Positions 47,642 through 63,720 of a stretch of 64,000 bases of DNA are shown here, in pieces (the first letter of the stretch is position 1; every line of letters begins with the position of its first letter). The DNA is from Amoebidium appalachense (lineage: Eukaryota; Protista; Ichthyosporea). The stretch spans positions 1 to 64,000 of the forward strand of contig CAVNZM010000013.1 in NCBI GenBank assembly GCA_963693365.1, given 5' to 3'. The translations under genes were made by a program, and so were the position numbers. The notes beneath the pieces are model-generated. The model ran no database searches, had not been told where the DNA came from, and saw nothing but the letters and a program-made list of their open reading frames with translations.

Positions 47642-49030
47642 TCATGCAAGTGGGCTCAATGGGTTGAATCGCCAGACTTTCCCTTCCTTAACGAGCACCG
47701 GACCACCGGGAACGTAAGACCGCCATGTATTTCCCTTGCTACCCGTGACGAACTTGGTCAAATGGCATTGCCACTGCTTTGTCATTACACCCTCGCGTGC
47801 CACGCGCCGCACGTCGCCCTTGCCGTGGATGAACGCCGCGGCCAGCATATGCAGCGTCATGTCGTTCTCCCCCACCGACGGCACAAAGTCAATCCATGGC
47901 TGGTATGCCTGCATCCACTTCTTACCGCGCGCCGATTGTTTGCGCCATACAAACGTCGACATGTTCACGTCGTTGGGCAGCAGCTGTGACATGGCGCGCA
48001 GGTCGGCCGCGAGATGCTCATGGAACACGCGGCACTTCTCGGCGTTCGCGGCTGCATCTGCGGGGTTGGGCGCCTCACGCGCGGCCGCGGCTGCTGCCCC
48101 GCGGCGTGCACGCTTGGCCCGCCCCGGTTGCGGCCCGACCTCTGCCGCGGCCGGGGCTGGAACTTCGTGGTGCAGCACCCCGGCGCGCGCGCGTGGCCCT
48201 TCTTGGCCGCGACCCGACCTCTGCCGCGGCTGGGGCCGGAACCTCGTCGTCCACCGCAGCACGCCCGCCCTTGCGCCTACGGGCCTGCTGCCCCGCGGAC
48301 CCCACGCCCTTGCGGTAGCAGTCGACGATGGCGTCGCGCAGCACCGCGGGTACCATGAAGACGCCGTCCACAAGCGGCACGCCGAGTGTGGCCAAGAGCG
48401 CCTCCTGGGCCTCGAGTGTGGCCGCGACCTCCATCTTGTATTCGCCGTCGTTGCACACGCGCAGGCGCCGAGCAAGGTCGTCCGGTGTGGCGGTCCATGG
48501 ACCCGCGGCCTCGTCGTTCGCACCCGCGTCCACATACTGTGCGAGGGTCCCTGTGGCATCCGCGGCCTCATCCAGACACACCAGCCCAAAGCCCACGACC
48601 AGGTGGCGGAGCGCATGCAGCTTGTCCTTGATCGTCACCACGCTGGCCGTGGGCGCGCCGCTCTTGCCCGTCGGCCGCGCGAAATAGTTCTCGGCGCGGT
48701 AGTGCCACGCTTCGCTTGGCTCAATCGCCAGGCGCACGACCACCGTGGCGAGCAGTTTAGCCAGCGTCTTTGTGGGCGGCGGAGGCGGGGGGAGGGCGCG
48801 TGCGTCGCTGAGGTCCATGGACCGCACGTCGTCCTTCGTGACAAGCGGTCTGTCGGGGCGGATCCTCTTGACCATGTCGTAGCCAGGAAGGTCGTCACCG
48901 TACTCCTGGCGCAGGGCACCATAGGCTCTCTTGAACGTTCTCTTCTGGAGTTCTGGTCGCGACACGCAGATATCCCCCCGGTGCATCCTGTCATTGCCGT
49001 CGACCGCCTCGAGCTGCCGACACACCGTAC
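47642..49030 (-). pseudogene. Viral hypothetical gene, 5'-truncated by the LINE and frameshifted near 48200
   Basis: ORF 48075-49100 and ORF 47642-48616 each contain one copy of EVPAPAAAEVG, indicating a frame switch between the repeats. The 5' end runs into LINE sequence. Confidence 0.6.
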
Positions 49031-51360
49031 CCTTCCGTTCGGCTGAGACAGTCTCACGTTTTGCAGTCCCTACGACAGTTGTTGCCTCTACAGGAAGCAT
49101 TATCGGTCTGGAAATCCGCCGGTCGGTTTGGGCCTTCCGTGCAAGTCTATGCCCCGTCTCCTTCCATCTCCGTTGCTGAATCCGTCGATGACTATTATGC
49201 TTCCCTATTTTCGCTCCCTAACGTGTCCACGGTTCCATCACCGCCCGCTGGCCTCTCCCAGCCGCCAAGTTGGGAGCCGGACCGATCGTTCCCGGGCACT
49301 TTTCATAGTTATTTCAACTCTTCGGCTGTTTTTGGTGCTATAGCGCAGGCGTTAAAACCCCGCAAGGCGTGCCGGCCGGATGCTCTTCCTCCCGTGCTTT
49401 TCAAGGTTCTTTCTCCCGTGCTTCCGCCTCGTAATTGTGCAGAGTCCCCCCCGCCCCCGCCTTTTGCTGTCCTTCTTAGTGAGTTTTTTTCGGCTTTTTT
49501 CGAACTCGGGTTTATTCCAAATTCGTGGCTTGACATGTTACAATCGTTACGCCCGTTCGTAAGAAGGTATCGCAGGGGGTCATTAACGACTTTCGTCCCG
49601 TCACACTTACCAACGTTTTTCGTCGGCTTTTCGAGGGTTGCATGCTTCCGAATCGCGCGTTTAACACCGACGATTCTTTAAACGCCGTGTTCCGTCTTTC
49701 TTCCCTTCAAGGGGGCTTTCGTCATGCCTATTCGTGTTATACTCACAGTCTGTTACTCCATGAATCCATTACTTCTGGCTCTCCACACGATTACGACACC
49801 GTACCCACTGGTTTGTTATGGCATAAGCTAGCTATGCGGGGCTTACCAGCCCCCTTTGGCCGTCTTCTGCAAGCGTTGTTCGACACCACTCGCGGACGCG
49901 CGGCGGTCAATGGAACATTAACACCCGGTTTTTCCCGTTCCCGGGGTCTTCTGCAGGGGTCCCTCCTGAGTCCGTTGTTGTTTGACGTTTTTATTGACGA
50001 TTTAGCCTGCGCCCTCGAACCCTTTGGCCAACTGCATACCCGTCGTGTACCGGGTCTCCTTTTTGCGGACGATATTGTTCTTTGTTCCTTAACCGAAGAT
50101 GTCATGCACCAGATGCTTCGTCAGGTAGATCAATGGTGCACCGAGAATTTCATGACAGTCGGAATTGCAAAGTGTGATACTTTTTCGAAGAACACTTCGT
50201 TTCGATTGGCCGGCCTTCACTATTCCTGTTCAGAGCACCTATGACTATTTGGGTATTCCTTTTACTGCACGGGGAATAATTGATTTCCGCAAGCTCCTCA
50301 CAGCACGGATCGCTCGTGCGAAGGGTAAGCTTCACATCGTGTCAAATATGTTTCAACAGGAGTCTGTGATCCATCCTGCGAACCTTCTTCTCTACTATAA
50401 AACTTTTTTACGGCCGACTTTCGAATATGGACTTCCGCTATTGGCCTGCGCCCCACCTCGCGAGGCGGCAATAGCGCTGAACGAGTTCGACGATTTTCAA
50501 GGTACTGCGCTACGCACTTTGTTTCGTACTCGGTTTGTGCCTCCCTTAATCAGTATGTTTGGATTGTCGTCTGCTGTTTGTCGTATGGAGGAATTGTCTC
50601 TTCGTTTTTGTTTTCATTTAGTTAGGCTACCTGATGGTCACCCTCATTATGCTTTCTTTCCCCCCCTCCCTCCATCCCTCTTCCCCCCCGATTCACCAAC
50701 GCTACTTCTGAATGTCCTCAGCCTACCCTCTTTCCACCTGATTCTTCCTCTCGCTATCTCACTCCCTCTTTCTTTTCTCTTCCTGTTTTTTCTGCCTTTT
50801 CGCGTTATTACCATACGCAGTATAAGTTTCTTTCTCGTTCTGATAGAGAAATCAAAGGTAAAACTCAGTCGGCATGTGTTATGTTCCTTAGGCAACACCG
50901 TACTGATCATTATCGCTTTTTGGGAGCTTTGGCAGGATACATTTCTCCTGCTGTACGTATGGATACCACCCTAGTAGATAAGTCTGTATGGTGCTCTGAT
51001 GTTGATATTGCCTGGGAAGTTGTGCAGTGGCGCTGTAATTCTTGTTTTCATCGCCGCTGGTGCCACTTTTGTGCTGACCTTTTTAATCGCAAGCATGTTG
51101 ATAGGTGTGAATTTTTATGTCGCGTTTTACCTCTTTCCCTCCGGGTATCTGCTACACTAGCTGGCAATGTGACCACTTTAGACTTTTTGTTGAATTCTGT
51201 TGGTCGTCACATTGAGTATTTATATGATTTTCACACAGTGTTCAGGTATCTCAGTATGCACTTGTTACTGGATAACTCGTGAAGTTTTTATTGTCTTCTC
51301 AGTATGCCGTGCATACTTGTCATATCTTTCCGTCGAATAAATCCAGTCAAAAGAAAAAAA
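49030..51360 (+). mobile_element. 5'-truncated, frameshifted non-LTR (LINE) retrotransposon
   Basis: RT motifs QGGFR, YDTV, GLLQGSLLSPLLF, LFADD, YLGI, YKTFLRPTFEYG; C-terminal CHFC; AATAAA and A-tail at 51336-51360. Left end approximate. Confidence 0.88.
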
Positions 51361-52431
51361 TTACAGGGCCGTGGCGGCGGCTAGCCAATTGTAATTTTAG
51401 GGGTTAGATTGATGCCAGGAGGCGGCTCGGGGGTCCAGCGCTGGGGCTGTTTTGATACCAAGGGGGGAGGCAGGATACAGAAAAAGAAAATATCCGAACA
51501 GTCCTTTTTTTTTGCCTTCAAATTGTTGCCCTCCCGTGACACCGGCACACACGCACACAGCACCTTTGACTCCAGAATATTCTCGTCTCGCTTCGACGTT
51601 GAGCCAAAGCTCGGCATAGCGTGGCATTACTAGTTTGATCAATTTGGGGCTCATTGAGGCTGCCGGTAGGACAGGCCGCCGGTAGGACAGGGATGTACCC
51701 TAAGCCCCTAAGCCATCACGCAATCGCCAATGGTCCGGCCGCCCAGGAAAAATATGACAGGGAAATACCATGCGCGCAGTGACGCAGAATGTTTTCGGCG
51801 ATCGCTGATTGGTGAGCGCAATTTGTCAGCAGCATGGTCTTGCCCCTCCTACATGTATTCGGAAAGGTTCTGGATGGTTCTGGAATCCCACATGGTTAGA
51901 AAGGGATGCCATGCAGTGATTTTTCTGTATTGTGGTTTCTCCACAACTGCCCCCCTTGCGCGCGCGCGCGCGCGTAAGGGGAGCTCAGCGCCCCGCGCAC
52001 TCGTGGTCTTGCTTTTTGTAATTATTAGTTGCTTGTAACCGTAAAGCGGCGATCAGCCACGCCTGACTTTCCGCAAACCAGGGTGTGCTTTAAGTCTGCA
52101 GGACGTGAATCACGTGATCAATAAATTTTTCGGTGCGCGTTGGGGAATTGCATGTTCATAGGCGATCAGCCAGCTACGCCTGACTTTTAAGGACAAAGGG
52201 TTCAATTTGAAATTTCACTATGTATTTGATCAAATTTCATATGTAGGATTATCGGCCCCCACTGAGTATCGGGAGTTAGGGAGTATGGGGGATTACGATC
52301 TGCCGTTATGCACATGCATGGTTCATCCCCGCACTCAATTTGATTGGTGTGGACATAACGGACCAATAGTCTTATATACCATATATGGTATGTAAGGAAA
52401 TTTATTTTTGGACATTTATTCGTTAACCTTA

Positions 52432-53333
52432 GGGCCTGTTTGGCAACGCGGGTTAGTGTAATCTGGATTTCGGGGGATATCTGGATATCAAAATCGAGAT
52501 CCAGATTATGCTGCAGAATCCGGATCTCAGCCGAAACCTGGGTTAAGCCGGGTAGATAACCCATGGATGCCAAACAGCCCACGTACGATTTCGGGTTAGA
52601 TTTGCTCTGCAGCTGTCACGCTGTTCATCACCGGTCGGTGACTTGCAATTGCAGACCCGCTACACATATACACCATAGTGATAGGCAGTAATAAACCACG
52701 AAAGTGCTGAGTTGTATACGGTTTTATTTGAGACACTCACCATGTATGCAGCCCGGAACATAGCCGTTTTGGCTGCGATTGCAGCCTTGACCTATAGCCC
52801 AGAGCTCAAAGAGCCCTGTCGTACTTCCCCGCTCAGTGGTAGAGAGTATGTGCAAGAACTGCTTGGCACAGCTCACGAGACAAGGGTGAACGATGTCCTA
52901 CGCGTGAGTCCATATGTTGCAAGGGAGTTAATTGAGAAGTTGGCTCCAAGGCACAGCTGTCGCAGCCCACTCAGTATCCACATGCTGCCAGCAACGGAAG
53001 TTTGGTTTGGCGCCCTTTCAACAATCCTTTTTTGGCCACTTCAAACTATCGACGATTGGTGCAAAAGGACACCATATATAGTTCCATAAAATGAACATTC
53101 ATTGGGTCGGACATTCAGGACCTGAAAGGATTTCGCGCTAATCCACCTCCCGAGGTGGATTAGTGGAATCCAGATTACGGCCATGTCCGAGGGGTTTGAA
53201 ACCCAGATTTACGTGACCGGATCTGGCCGTCTGTTTGGCAGCGGCTGGATTTTGAGATTTGGATTTAGCGCTAAACCCAAAATCGCCCGTAATCCGGATT
53301 TAGGACCCTAAACCCGGGTTGCCAAACAGGCCC
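52432..53333 (+). mobile_element. Non-autonomous PIF/Harbinger DNA transposon
   Basis: TIRs GGGCCTGTTTGGCAAC / GTTGCCAAACAGGCCC, flanked by TTA and TAA. Internal remnant RTSPLSGREYVQELL...VLRVSP resembles the N-terminus of Harbinger transposases. Confidence 0.8.
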
Positions 53334-54498
53334 TAAGTCTGGTAACCATTCAAAATCAGAAAAACCACTGCAATCACCAATGGAATTACCGCGGCGTCAT
53401 CCTTTGCGGCTCCCGCCAAATCTGACCACCCGCGAACCAAAGGTCCGGCACGTGATCGGCGACGTATCCAGGCTGAGCCACAACACGATCACCGACATCT
53501 GTCTGGGCTCAATCACTTTTCACACACTCACAAATCCCGGCTGGGGCTGTAGGATGAAGAACTGCGAAGCTTCGCTTCTCCGTTGACACTCTTTTTATGG
53601 AGGCTATGTATTAGTTGAGAGCTTCTTTGTGCTTCAAGTTCTGATTCCATTTTCATACGTTTATTGGCGACAGGTCTACGTGTCAGCTCCAGCACCTGCA
53701 CTCTCAGTGCGAAAGCTGTTAGATTTGTTGACTACTGAAAGCCAGCACATCTCTCTTCTGGCCGTGCTCGCAGGTGAGTTCAAGTGTCTTTTTGATGGAA
53801 ATTGATCCTGATTTTGTATAATCCTCCGCACTGGCCCCAAGCGGGGAGAATTCTTGAAATGCACTTGTGCACAACAATACGTTTTGCATTTTCTGGTTCT
53901 TGTGCACGTACTTTAACCAGGCGCAAAGATGATGGAACCCTTTTTCACTTTGCATTGTTTCGTTTTTCTTTCTCAGCTCAGTGGCAACGATGGTGAATGT
54001 TAACTTGCCATTCTTTCTTGTTCATTCTCAACTCAGTGGCGATGACAGTGTTAAGTGTTGCACTTTTACTTGCTTTGTAGCTGTAAGCCAGTTCTCGTTT
54101 GTGTGTGGTCGTCGTTGCCTGTGTGCTGACGACGTGCAAGTCTACTGACACCTAGTCTGTGTGTGTGCGTGGCTAAGGGTGGGGCACGGGAGTACAGTGC
54201 ACGGGAGTACGGTTGTGTTGTTTATGCATGCGTGTTGTGTGTGTGTGTAGCGTGTGTGTTGGTTCTTGTGGTGTCTTCATACGAAATGCAGAAGTGGAGG
54301 TTGCCCCTTTGATGGGCCTGTGTTTGGCTTTTACTGTGAAGCAGTAGACGTGTCCAACCTAGTCATTCACGTGGTTGTCACAGCTCTTTCTTGAGTGGCC
54401 TACCAAATAAGCCCTTATCCCACAACATTGCTTCACACAGGTTAGCATTCCTGTTAAGTAACAAGGATGTTGTTCCTGTTGCAGGGTTGCTCGTAAAC

Positions 54499-55173
54499 AT
54501 GGCTGCTGCAAATCAAGCATTCCGCCCCGCCAACCTACCCAACAACATTCAAAGCCCACAGCCATCCCAACACCCCCCAAGCTATCACGACTTGGCTGAC
54601 TCAAGACGATTTCTGAAAACCGTGGACACTCTCAGTGTCCATCAACCGACCCTCGTGTCGGAAAGTGACGCAGCACATGTGGAGGTGGACCATCATGCCC
54701 TGGTGCGGGAGAACCTGCTTGCAGCCGATGGCGTAATGCTTGGACCTCATGCTGATCTGCTTGCACCTATCCTCCAGCAACAGCGACAGTGGCAGCAGCA
54801 GCAGCAGGATCAATGGCAGCAACGGCAGCAGCAGGAGGATGGTCGGTGGCAGCAGTGGCTGCAGTGGCAGCACCATCATTTTCAGTGGCAGCAGGATTTT
54901 CAGCGGGAATTTGCAAGAAGGTTCGATAACGTGGATGCAAGGACCAGAAATGCTCTTGCAACTCGCGACGAAGACAATATCCACCCACTGTACAACGATC
55001 AAGGGGAGCAGTTGCCGAACAACTTCCCAAGAACGCGTTGTGAGCTTACTGCTCTCAGTGGTGGTAGCTGTAACGAGCTGCTGGGGTACTATGGTCTGCC
55101 TGGTGGGGGTTCGGTGCAGGAAAAAAAGGGAAGACTGCAGAGGTTCTTTAACGTACCGCCCCCCGCTGTGTAA
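54499..55173 (+). CDS. Mug135-like protein (Q-rich coiled coil + C-terminal Mug135-like domain)
   Basis: ARTRNA...IHPL....G....NFPRT..EL..LS......LL.YYGLP......KK.RL..F pattern; AATAAA-like signal downstream. Confidence 0.65.
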   Translation: MAAANQAFRPANLPNNIQSPQPSQHPPSYHDLADSRRFLKTVDTLSVHQPTLVSESDAAHVEVDHHALVRENLLAADGVMLGPHADLLAPILQQQRQWQQQQQDQWQQRQQQEDGRWQQWLQWQHHHFQWQQDFQREFARRFDNVDARTRNALATRDEDNIHPLYNDQGEQLPNNFPRTRCELTALSGGSCNELLGYYGLPGGGSVQEKKGRLQRFFNVPPPAV

Positions 55174-55327
55174 AGCTGAAATACGAATATAGGTGAATTA
55201 CGTCTTCCTTGTGATAGACATTGAGCAATGATAGCTGGCTCACTCTTATCTACTTTGCCCCTGGCCTGTATATTTATATGTCTCTTGTCGGGCTGGTCCC
55301 TTCCAAAGAATTGCTTTTTTGAAGAAC

Positions 55328-56485
<1,158 letters not shown>

Positions 56486-56592
56486 CGAACGCACACACAG
56501 AAGCACACAGATAGACACGTGTGCCCTTGGGATTACACGCAAAGATCCAAACACACCCACACACACAAGCACACCACACACACACACACTGT

Positions 56593-56624
<32 letters not shown>

Positions 56625-56672
56625 TGCACGCACGCACAAACACACGTACACACACGCATACACACACACACG

Positions 56673-56783
<111 letters not shown>

Positions 56784-57055
56784 CCAGCACCGCCGACACC
56801 TCAGCCAAGCTGACCCACCACCCCCACTGCCGTGGCTCATACGGCATTGACGTGATGCTTCAATGGGCAGACTCCGAACACAAACAGTATCCCCCCCCCC
56901 CCCCCCTCCCCCCCCCCCCCCCCTCCCCCCTCCCCCCCCCCCCCCCCCCTCTCCCTCCCATCAATCCCCCCCTAACTCAATCCCATCCACACCCACCCGC
57001 ATCAACATACCTCTCATGAGGCCCCCCCAAGGGAGGGTGGGGGGGGGGATGATAC

Positions 57056-58700
<1,645 letters not shown>

Positions 58701-58969
58701 GAACAGATGTGCATGTGGCATTATGGCACGTGTGTGTGCATGTGTGCGTGTATGTGTGTGTGGGTTGTGTGAGAAGATGCCATGGCCCAGTATAAGGAGG
58801 GACCGGCAGAGAGGTTGTTGGTCGGGGAGGGGTGGGGCCAAATCCACAACTAGGGTGTTGCGGTTAAGCGCTGCTTGAGCCACCTGTGCGTGCGTGTGTG
58901 TGTTGGGGGGGGGGGGGGGGGGGGGGGGAGAGGGGGGGAGGGAAGGGGGAGAAGGGCGTGTGTGTGTGT

Positions 58970-59008
<39 letters not shown>

Positions 59009-59149
59009 TGTGTGCGAGTGTGTGTGTGTGTGTGCGCGCGCACGTGTGCGTGTGCGGGTGTGTGTGTGCGCGCTTACGTGTGTTTGCGCGTGCGCGCGCG
59101 CGCGTGTGTGTGCGCGCGTGTGCTCATGTGTGTGCGTGCGCGTCTGCTC

Positions 59150-59180
<31 letters not shown>

Positions 59181-59879
59181 CGCGCGTGTGTGAATGTGTG
59201 CGTGTGTTTGTGTGTGGCGTGGGGTTTTTGTGTATGTGTGTTGGGGGGAGGGGGGGGGGGGGAGGGGATGCAACATAGGAGGGAACCTGAGTAGAGGATA
59301 GTAAAGAAGGAAAGGAGGGGAAGGGGGGGGGGGGGGGGGGGGGGAGGGGGGGAGGGGGTCAGTGATAGTGCTGTGAGCTTTCAACTTACTAGTTAGAGAA
59401 GCCGTAGGGCAAAAGATTTCTATCGCCTGACAATAAGCCTTTATTTTCTGTTTGTGTTGTTTTTTGTGCCCAACCAGGGGAGAGGAAGGGGGGCGAGGAA
59501 AAAGGGGAAGGGGGGAAGGGGGGGGGGGGGGGGGGGGGGGGGGGGAGGGGGAGGGGGGGAGAGGGATGTGTTGTGCTTGTGAGACTTCTGAGTCTTGAAA
59601 GTTCGTTGTCGTGGGTGGGCTTCATTTAGGTGGGCTCCTTTTTGTGGAAAGTGGGGTTGGGGAATGGGGAGGGAGGGGGGAGGGGGGAGTAATGCGGGTG
59701 ATGGTGGTTCAAGGAGAGGCTGGGGGAGGGGGGGAGGGGAGGGGATAGGGAGGGAGGAGGGGGGAGGGGGGGGGGGGGGGTTTAAAGAAGGAAAGGAAGG
59801 GATGCGAAAAAACCACGCACCTGCTACATCTGTTTGCTTGGGGGGTTCCGGCAATATTTCACAACTTCCTCAGCGGCTC

Positions 59880-60181
59880 TCGTAGCCTGACCCACCACCT
59901 TCAAGACCCCCGCTTCATCCTTTCCACCAGCCGCCGTGATTTTTTGAACGCCTCTTTGCGAAATTTCCAACTTTTCCTCCGCATTAAATCTTTTCCTGTG
60001 CTGTCAGAAGATATTTACTATCCGCCATTTGCACCGCTGAGCGGTTGATAAGCCGCCCATATCGTCTCACGTTCCCTATGGGTGCACGACATAGAATGCA
60101 CAGTTTGGGCGCAAAAGTGTTCTGCAGCCAACTTAGCGAGAGACGTAAACTCAGAGGTCTTTGAATCACAGATGCACGCCC
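59880..60181 (-). pseudogene. Exon fragment resembling the C-terminal region of ZNFX1-like helicases
   Basis: PKLCILCRAPIGNVRRYGRLINR matches the C..CR.PI...RYGR motif; preceded by a CCTACAG acceptor; stops and frameshifts present. Confidence 0.4.
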
Positions 60182-61054
60182 CTGTAGGAGTGGGTGGGTT
60201 GAGGGGTGTGGGTGGGTGGGTAGTGGTGGTGGTGGTGCGGTGGGGGGGGGGGGGGGGGGAGTGGAAAACGGGTAAGAAGAGAGTGTTACGGGGAGGGGGG
60301 GGTGGAGGTTGGAGGAGGGGGTGTGGGAGGGTGGGGGGGGGGGGGGAGGGGAGGGGGAGGCGCGTGGAAGAGGGGCAAGGGGAGAGTGGTAAACAGGAGA
60401 GTACGTGTGAAAAGAATGAAGGGGGATGGGGCAAAGAGGGGAGGGGGGGTTGCCATTTCAACGGAATATAACCAAGACCATGCATGCAAGTTCAATAGGA
60501 TGATCGTGTGCAGGCCAGACAGAAAAACGCAGTCTGTTGTGAACAGGTAGCAGACTAAAACTAGCTAACATTAGCCCCCTCCCCACCTCCTCCCCCCCCC
60601 CCCCCCCTCTCCCCCCCCCCCGCCCCCCCGGCCCCCCCCCCCTCCCCCCCCCCTCCCCCCCCCCCCCCCCCCAAAAAAAAAAAAAAGAATAGAAAAAAAT
60701 AACCATCATCGCCACCACTACCACCAGCACCCGCAACAACCCCCCACCCTCCCACCTACCCACCCGGCCCACCCCCCATGCCCACCCACCCCCATCTCCC
60801 CTCTACATCTTCCCCCCCATATATTGGCAGCGGGCCACTGAGATGAAACCATAGAAGTGAAGAGCCACTCAGATTAACCAAAAAAGATAAAGAGCCGGTC
60901 AGATTAGCCATATAAGGCAACATACCTCCCTCCCCAGCCATGGGGGGGGGGGGGGGGGGGGGGGGGGGGGAGAGAGAGAGAGAGAGAGGGTGGGAGGGAG
61001 AGAGAGAGAGAGAGGGAGAGAGAGAGAGAGGGAGGGAGTCACAGAGAGAGAGAG

Positions 61055-61099
<45 letters not shown>

Positions 61100-61130
61100 G
61101 AGAGAGAGAGACAGAGAGATCTAGGGGAGT

Positions 61131-61167
<37 letters not shown>

Positions 61168-61372
61168 ATAGGCTCTTTTACTTTTATTTATGCATTGAGA
61201 CCAATCATATGGTTGGATTTCATGAAGTTTATGTATGGATGTAGGGGCAATGTGAATATGTGGTGGACCCCGGCAGATTTGGCTTTTCCGTATATTATTG
61301 TGGTGCTGCAGCGGCTGAGCCGCAAGCTTTTTTTTTTTTTTTTTTTTTTTGTTCCCCTCCCTTCTTTTTTCT

Positions 61373-61421
<49 letters not shown>

Positions 61422-61675
61422 GCCTTTCCTTCTTCCGAACACAAGTGTGTTAACATATCTATTTTTTTTTTTTTCTTTCTTTATTTTTCCTTTTGAACGC
61501 AATTGTGTTTGTATCCGATAGGAGCTGGTGAAATCCGCTGCCTTGGCCTTTGAGAATATCAATACAGCATATGTTCATGTCTCATGTGGTTCCATTCAGA
61601 AATTCACCGTGGGGAGATATGGAATATTTCACATGCACAAAAACCCTCTAAGCATTATGCTTTTCCTTTGTCCTT

Positions 61676-61706
<31 letters not shown>

Positions 61707-62039
61707 TTTCTCTCTTTCTTTCTTTCTTTTTTTTCTTTTTTCTTTTCTTTTTTTTTTTTTCTTTCTTTCTTTTTTTTTTGGGCGGGGGCGGGGGGGAGTA
61801 TGCAAATGATGAACCTTTGTGCCATTAGGGTTTACACACTTTTTATTGCGTGGACACTGCCGGAGGCCCAGCCACATTCGACGGCCTACTGCGTTTTCCA
61901 GCGCAGCCAATCAAATGCAGCCAGTGACATATGTACATGCTAGGCAACAATGAGCGCCATAGTAGTATATGACACCCCTATTACATATTATGGGTAAGCA
62001 GAGGCTAGCATCGGTAGCTCCGAAAGAAAGTTAAGGCAC

Positions 62040-63140
62040 CGGATCACAATATCATACTGTGCAGCTGGCATTAATAAGGTGATCTAGGATAGTCATCTTA
62101 AAACGGATATATTGAGGAAGAGAGGAAGAAAAGAGAATAAAACCGCCAATAACCTCCGGTTCTAATACGTTAGCTAACAGGTTGCACTTATTGATAGATA
62201 TGCAGCCGCGAGTAAACCGCCCCCCACACATATTACACATACGAGCAGGACACACCAGAAACCGATTACACCGCCAATCCATAATCATCTTTGCGTTTTT
62301 ACACCACACCACATCACGAATAAACGAATCTATGTATGAACGAGACTCTCTAACCGTATCCGCCATATAGGCTACTAGTAGTTGGTGTTTTTGCGGTCCT
62401 AACACCGGAAGGGACTCAACACGTAGAGTAAAAAGATAGAGTCTATCAGCCATAGACTTGAAACTATTCATATTCACTGGCACACTATGATCTAGCCGTA
62501 CCTCCGGTGGGGTCGCCAGCCATTCCACATAACGCTCGGCAATGGGCAGAGACGATGGGGAAGGGAAGAGGTAGAGGGGCGAGTCCGGCGGGGATGCGTG
62601 TAGCCGGAAGAGCGGGTGGTCCGGGGCACAAGCGGACAGGCGGGTGATATGCTCGTGAAATTTAAGGGCTAATTCGTGTACGCGTTGTGATGGTGGTGTG
62701 AGTGCGTAGAGAGAATTAAAAAGGCGTCTAGGGATAGGTGTGGAAAGACCAGTGAGAAACGTACAACAAGTTGTGTAGTGGAAATCATCTATTGATTTGA
62801 GGACATTAGTAACAGTATCTAGTAGGGGGTGCCATAGCTAGTAAGGGCAACCCGTATTCAGACAAAGGGCGAATATATGTGCGAAATATACTAAGACGAT
62901 TGTATAGGTGGACAGTATGAGAGAGAGTAGCAAGATACACATCCCTAAATAACCGAAGACACCTGCCTGCACTCTCCACCCGAAGGTCGATCATCTGTTT
63001 GAAACATATGCCCCATTCGTCCACCGGAATCCCAAAATACTTGTATTCGATTGGGCGAGGGAGGGGACTGCCGAAAATACAAACGTCGTCCCATGCCGGT
63101 ATCGATTTTGATAAAAGGGCACACTTTTTGAGGATGGCGA
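62040..63140 (-). mobile_element. Degenerate LINE fragment of a related second family
   Basis: YKYFGIP, FRTYIRPLSEYGLPLL and WRCN...CNMCGGRF parallel the element at 49030-51360 but are diverged. Confidence 0.75.
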
Positions 63141-63361
63141 CATGGAGATATTGCCGGCGCTACCCGGAATTTTCCCGAACATTCAGGAGATTTCCATCGA
63201 CATCGACCTTCAGTCTGAGGATATCGAGTCGATCCATTTCAGTGCGCCGCGGCGTGGGAACACCTGAAACACCTGTCTATAACCTCGTGTGAACTGTACG
63301 GCAGTCGTGTGGTGGTGCCGTACCTTCCTAATTTGGAAGAGTTCACGGCGAATTTTGACGG

Positions 63362-63720
63362 AATTTTTTTTTTCTTTTGACTGGATTTATTCGACGGAAA
63401 GATATCATAATGCAAGTATGCACGGCATACTGAGAAGACAATAAAAACTTCACGAGTTATCCAGTAACAAGTGCATACTGAGATACCTGAACACTGTGTG
63501 AAAATCATATAAACATTCAATGTGACGACCAACAGAATTCAACAAAAAGTCTAAAGTGTTCACATTGTCAGCTAGTGTAGCAGACACGCGTAGGGAAAGA
63601 GGTAAAACGCGACATAAAACTCACACCTATCAACATGCTTGCGATTAAAAAGTTCAGCACAAAAGTGGCACCAGCGGCGATGAAAACAAGAATTACAGCG
63701 CCACTGCACAACTTCCCAGG
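63362..63720 (-). mobile_element. LINE 3'-end fragment (same family as 49030-51360)
   Basis: Reverse complement matches ~51011-51360, including the A-tail. Confidence 0.9.

Larger units (their letters stand above)
1..49030. mobile_element. Giant endogenous viral element (Nucleocytoviricota); left end lies outside the window
   Basis: Dense, mostly intronless GC-rich genes including NCLDV hallmarks (A32-like ATPase, VLTF2-like factor, D5-like helicases, penton-like protein, PCNA, histone doublet). It is contiguous with microsatellite- and transposon-rich eukaryotic DNA after ~49 kb. Right boundary approximate. Confidence 0.88.

Noticed and set aside
1-49030. Polinton/virophage or bacteriophage origin
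   Set aside because: No protein-primed polymerase, retroviral-type integrase or phage structural genes seen; PCNA, VLTF2, a histone doublet, a spliceosomal intron and the size indicate Nucleocytoviricota.
51697-51715. Telomere-like CCCTAAG repeats near the junction
   Set aside because: Only two copies; insufficient.
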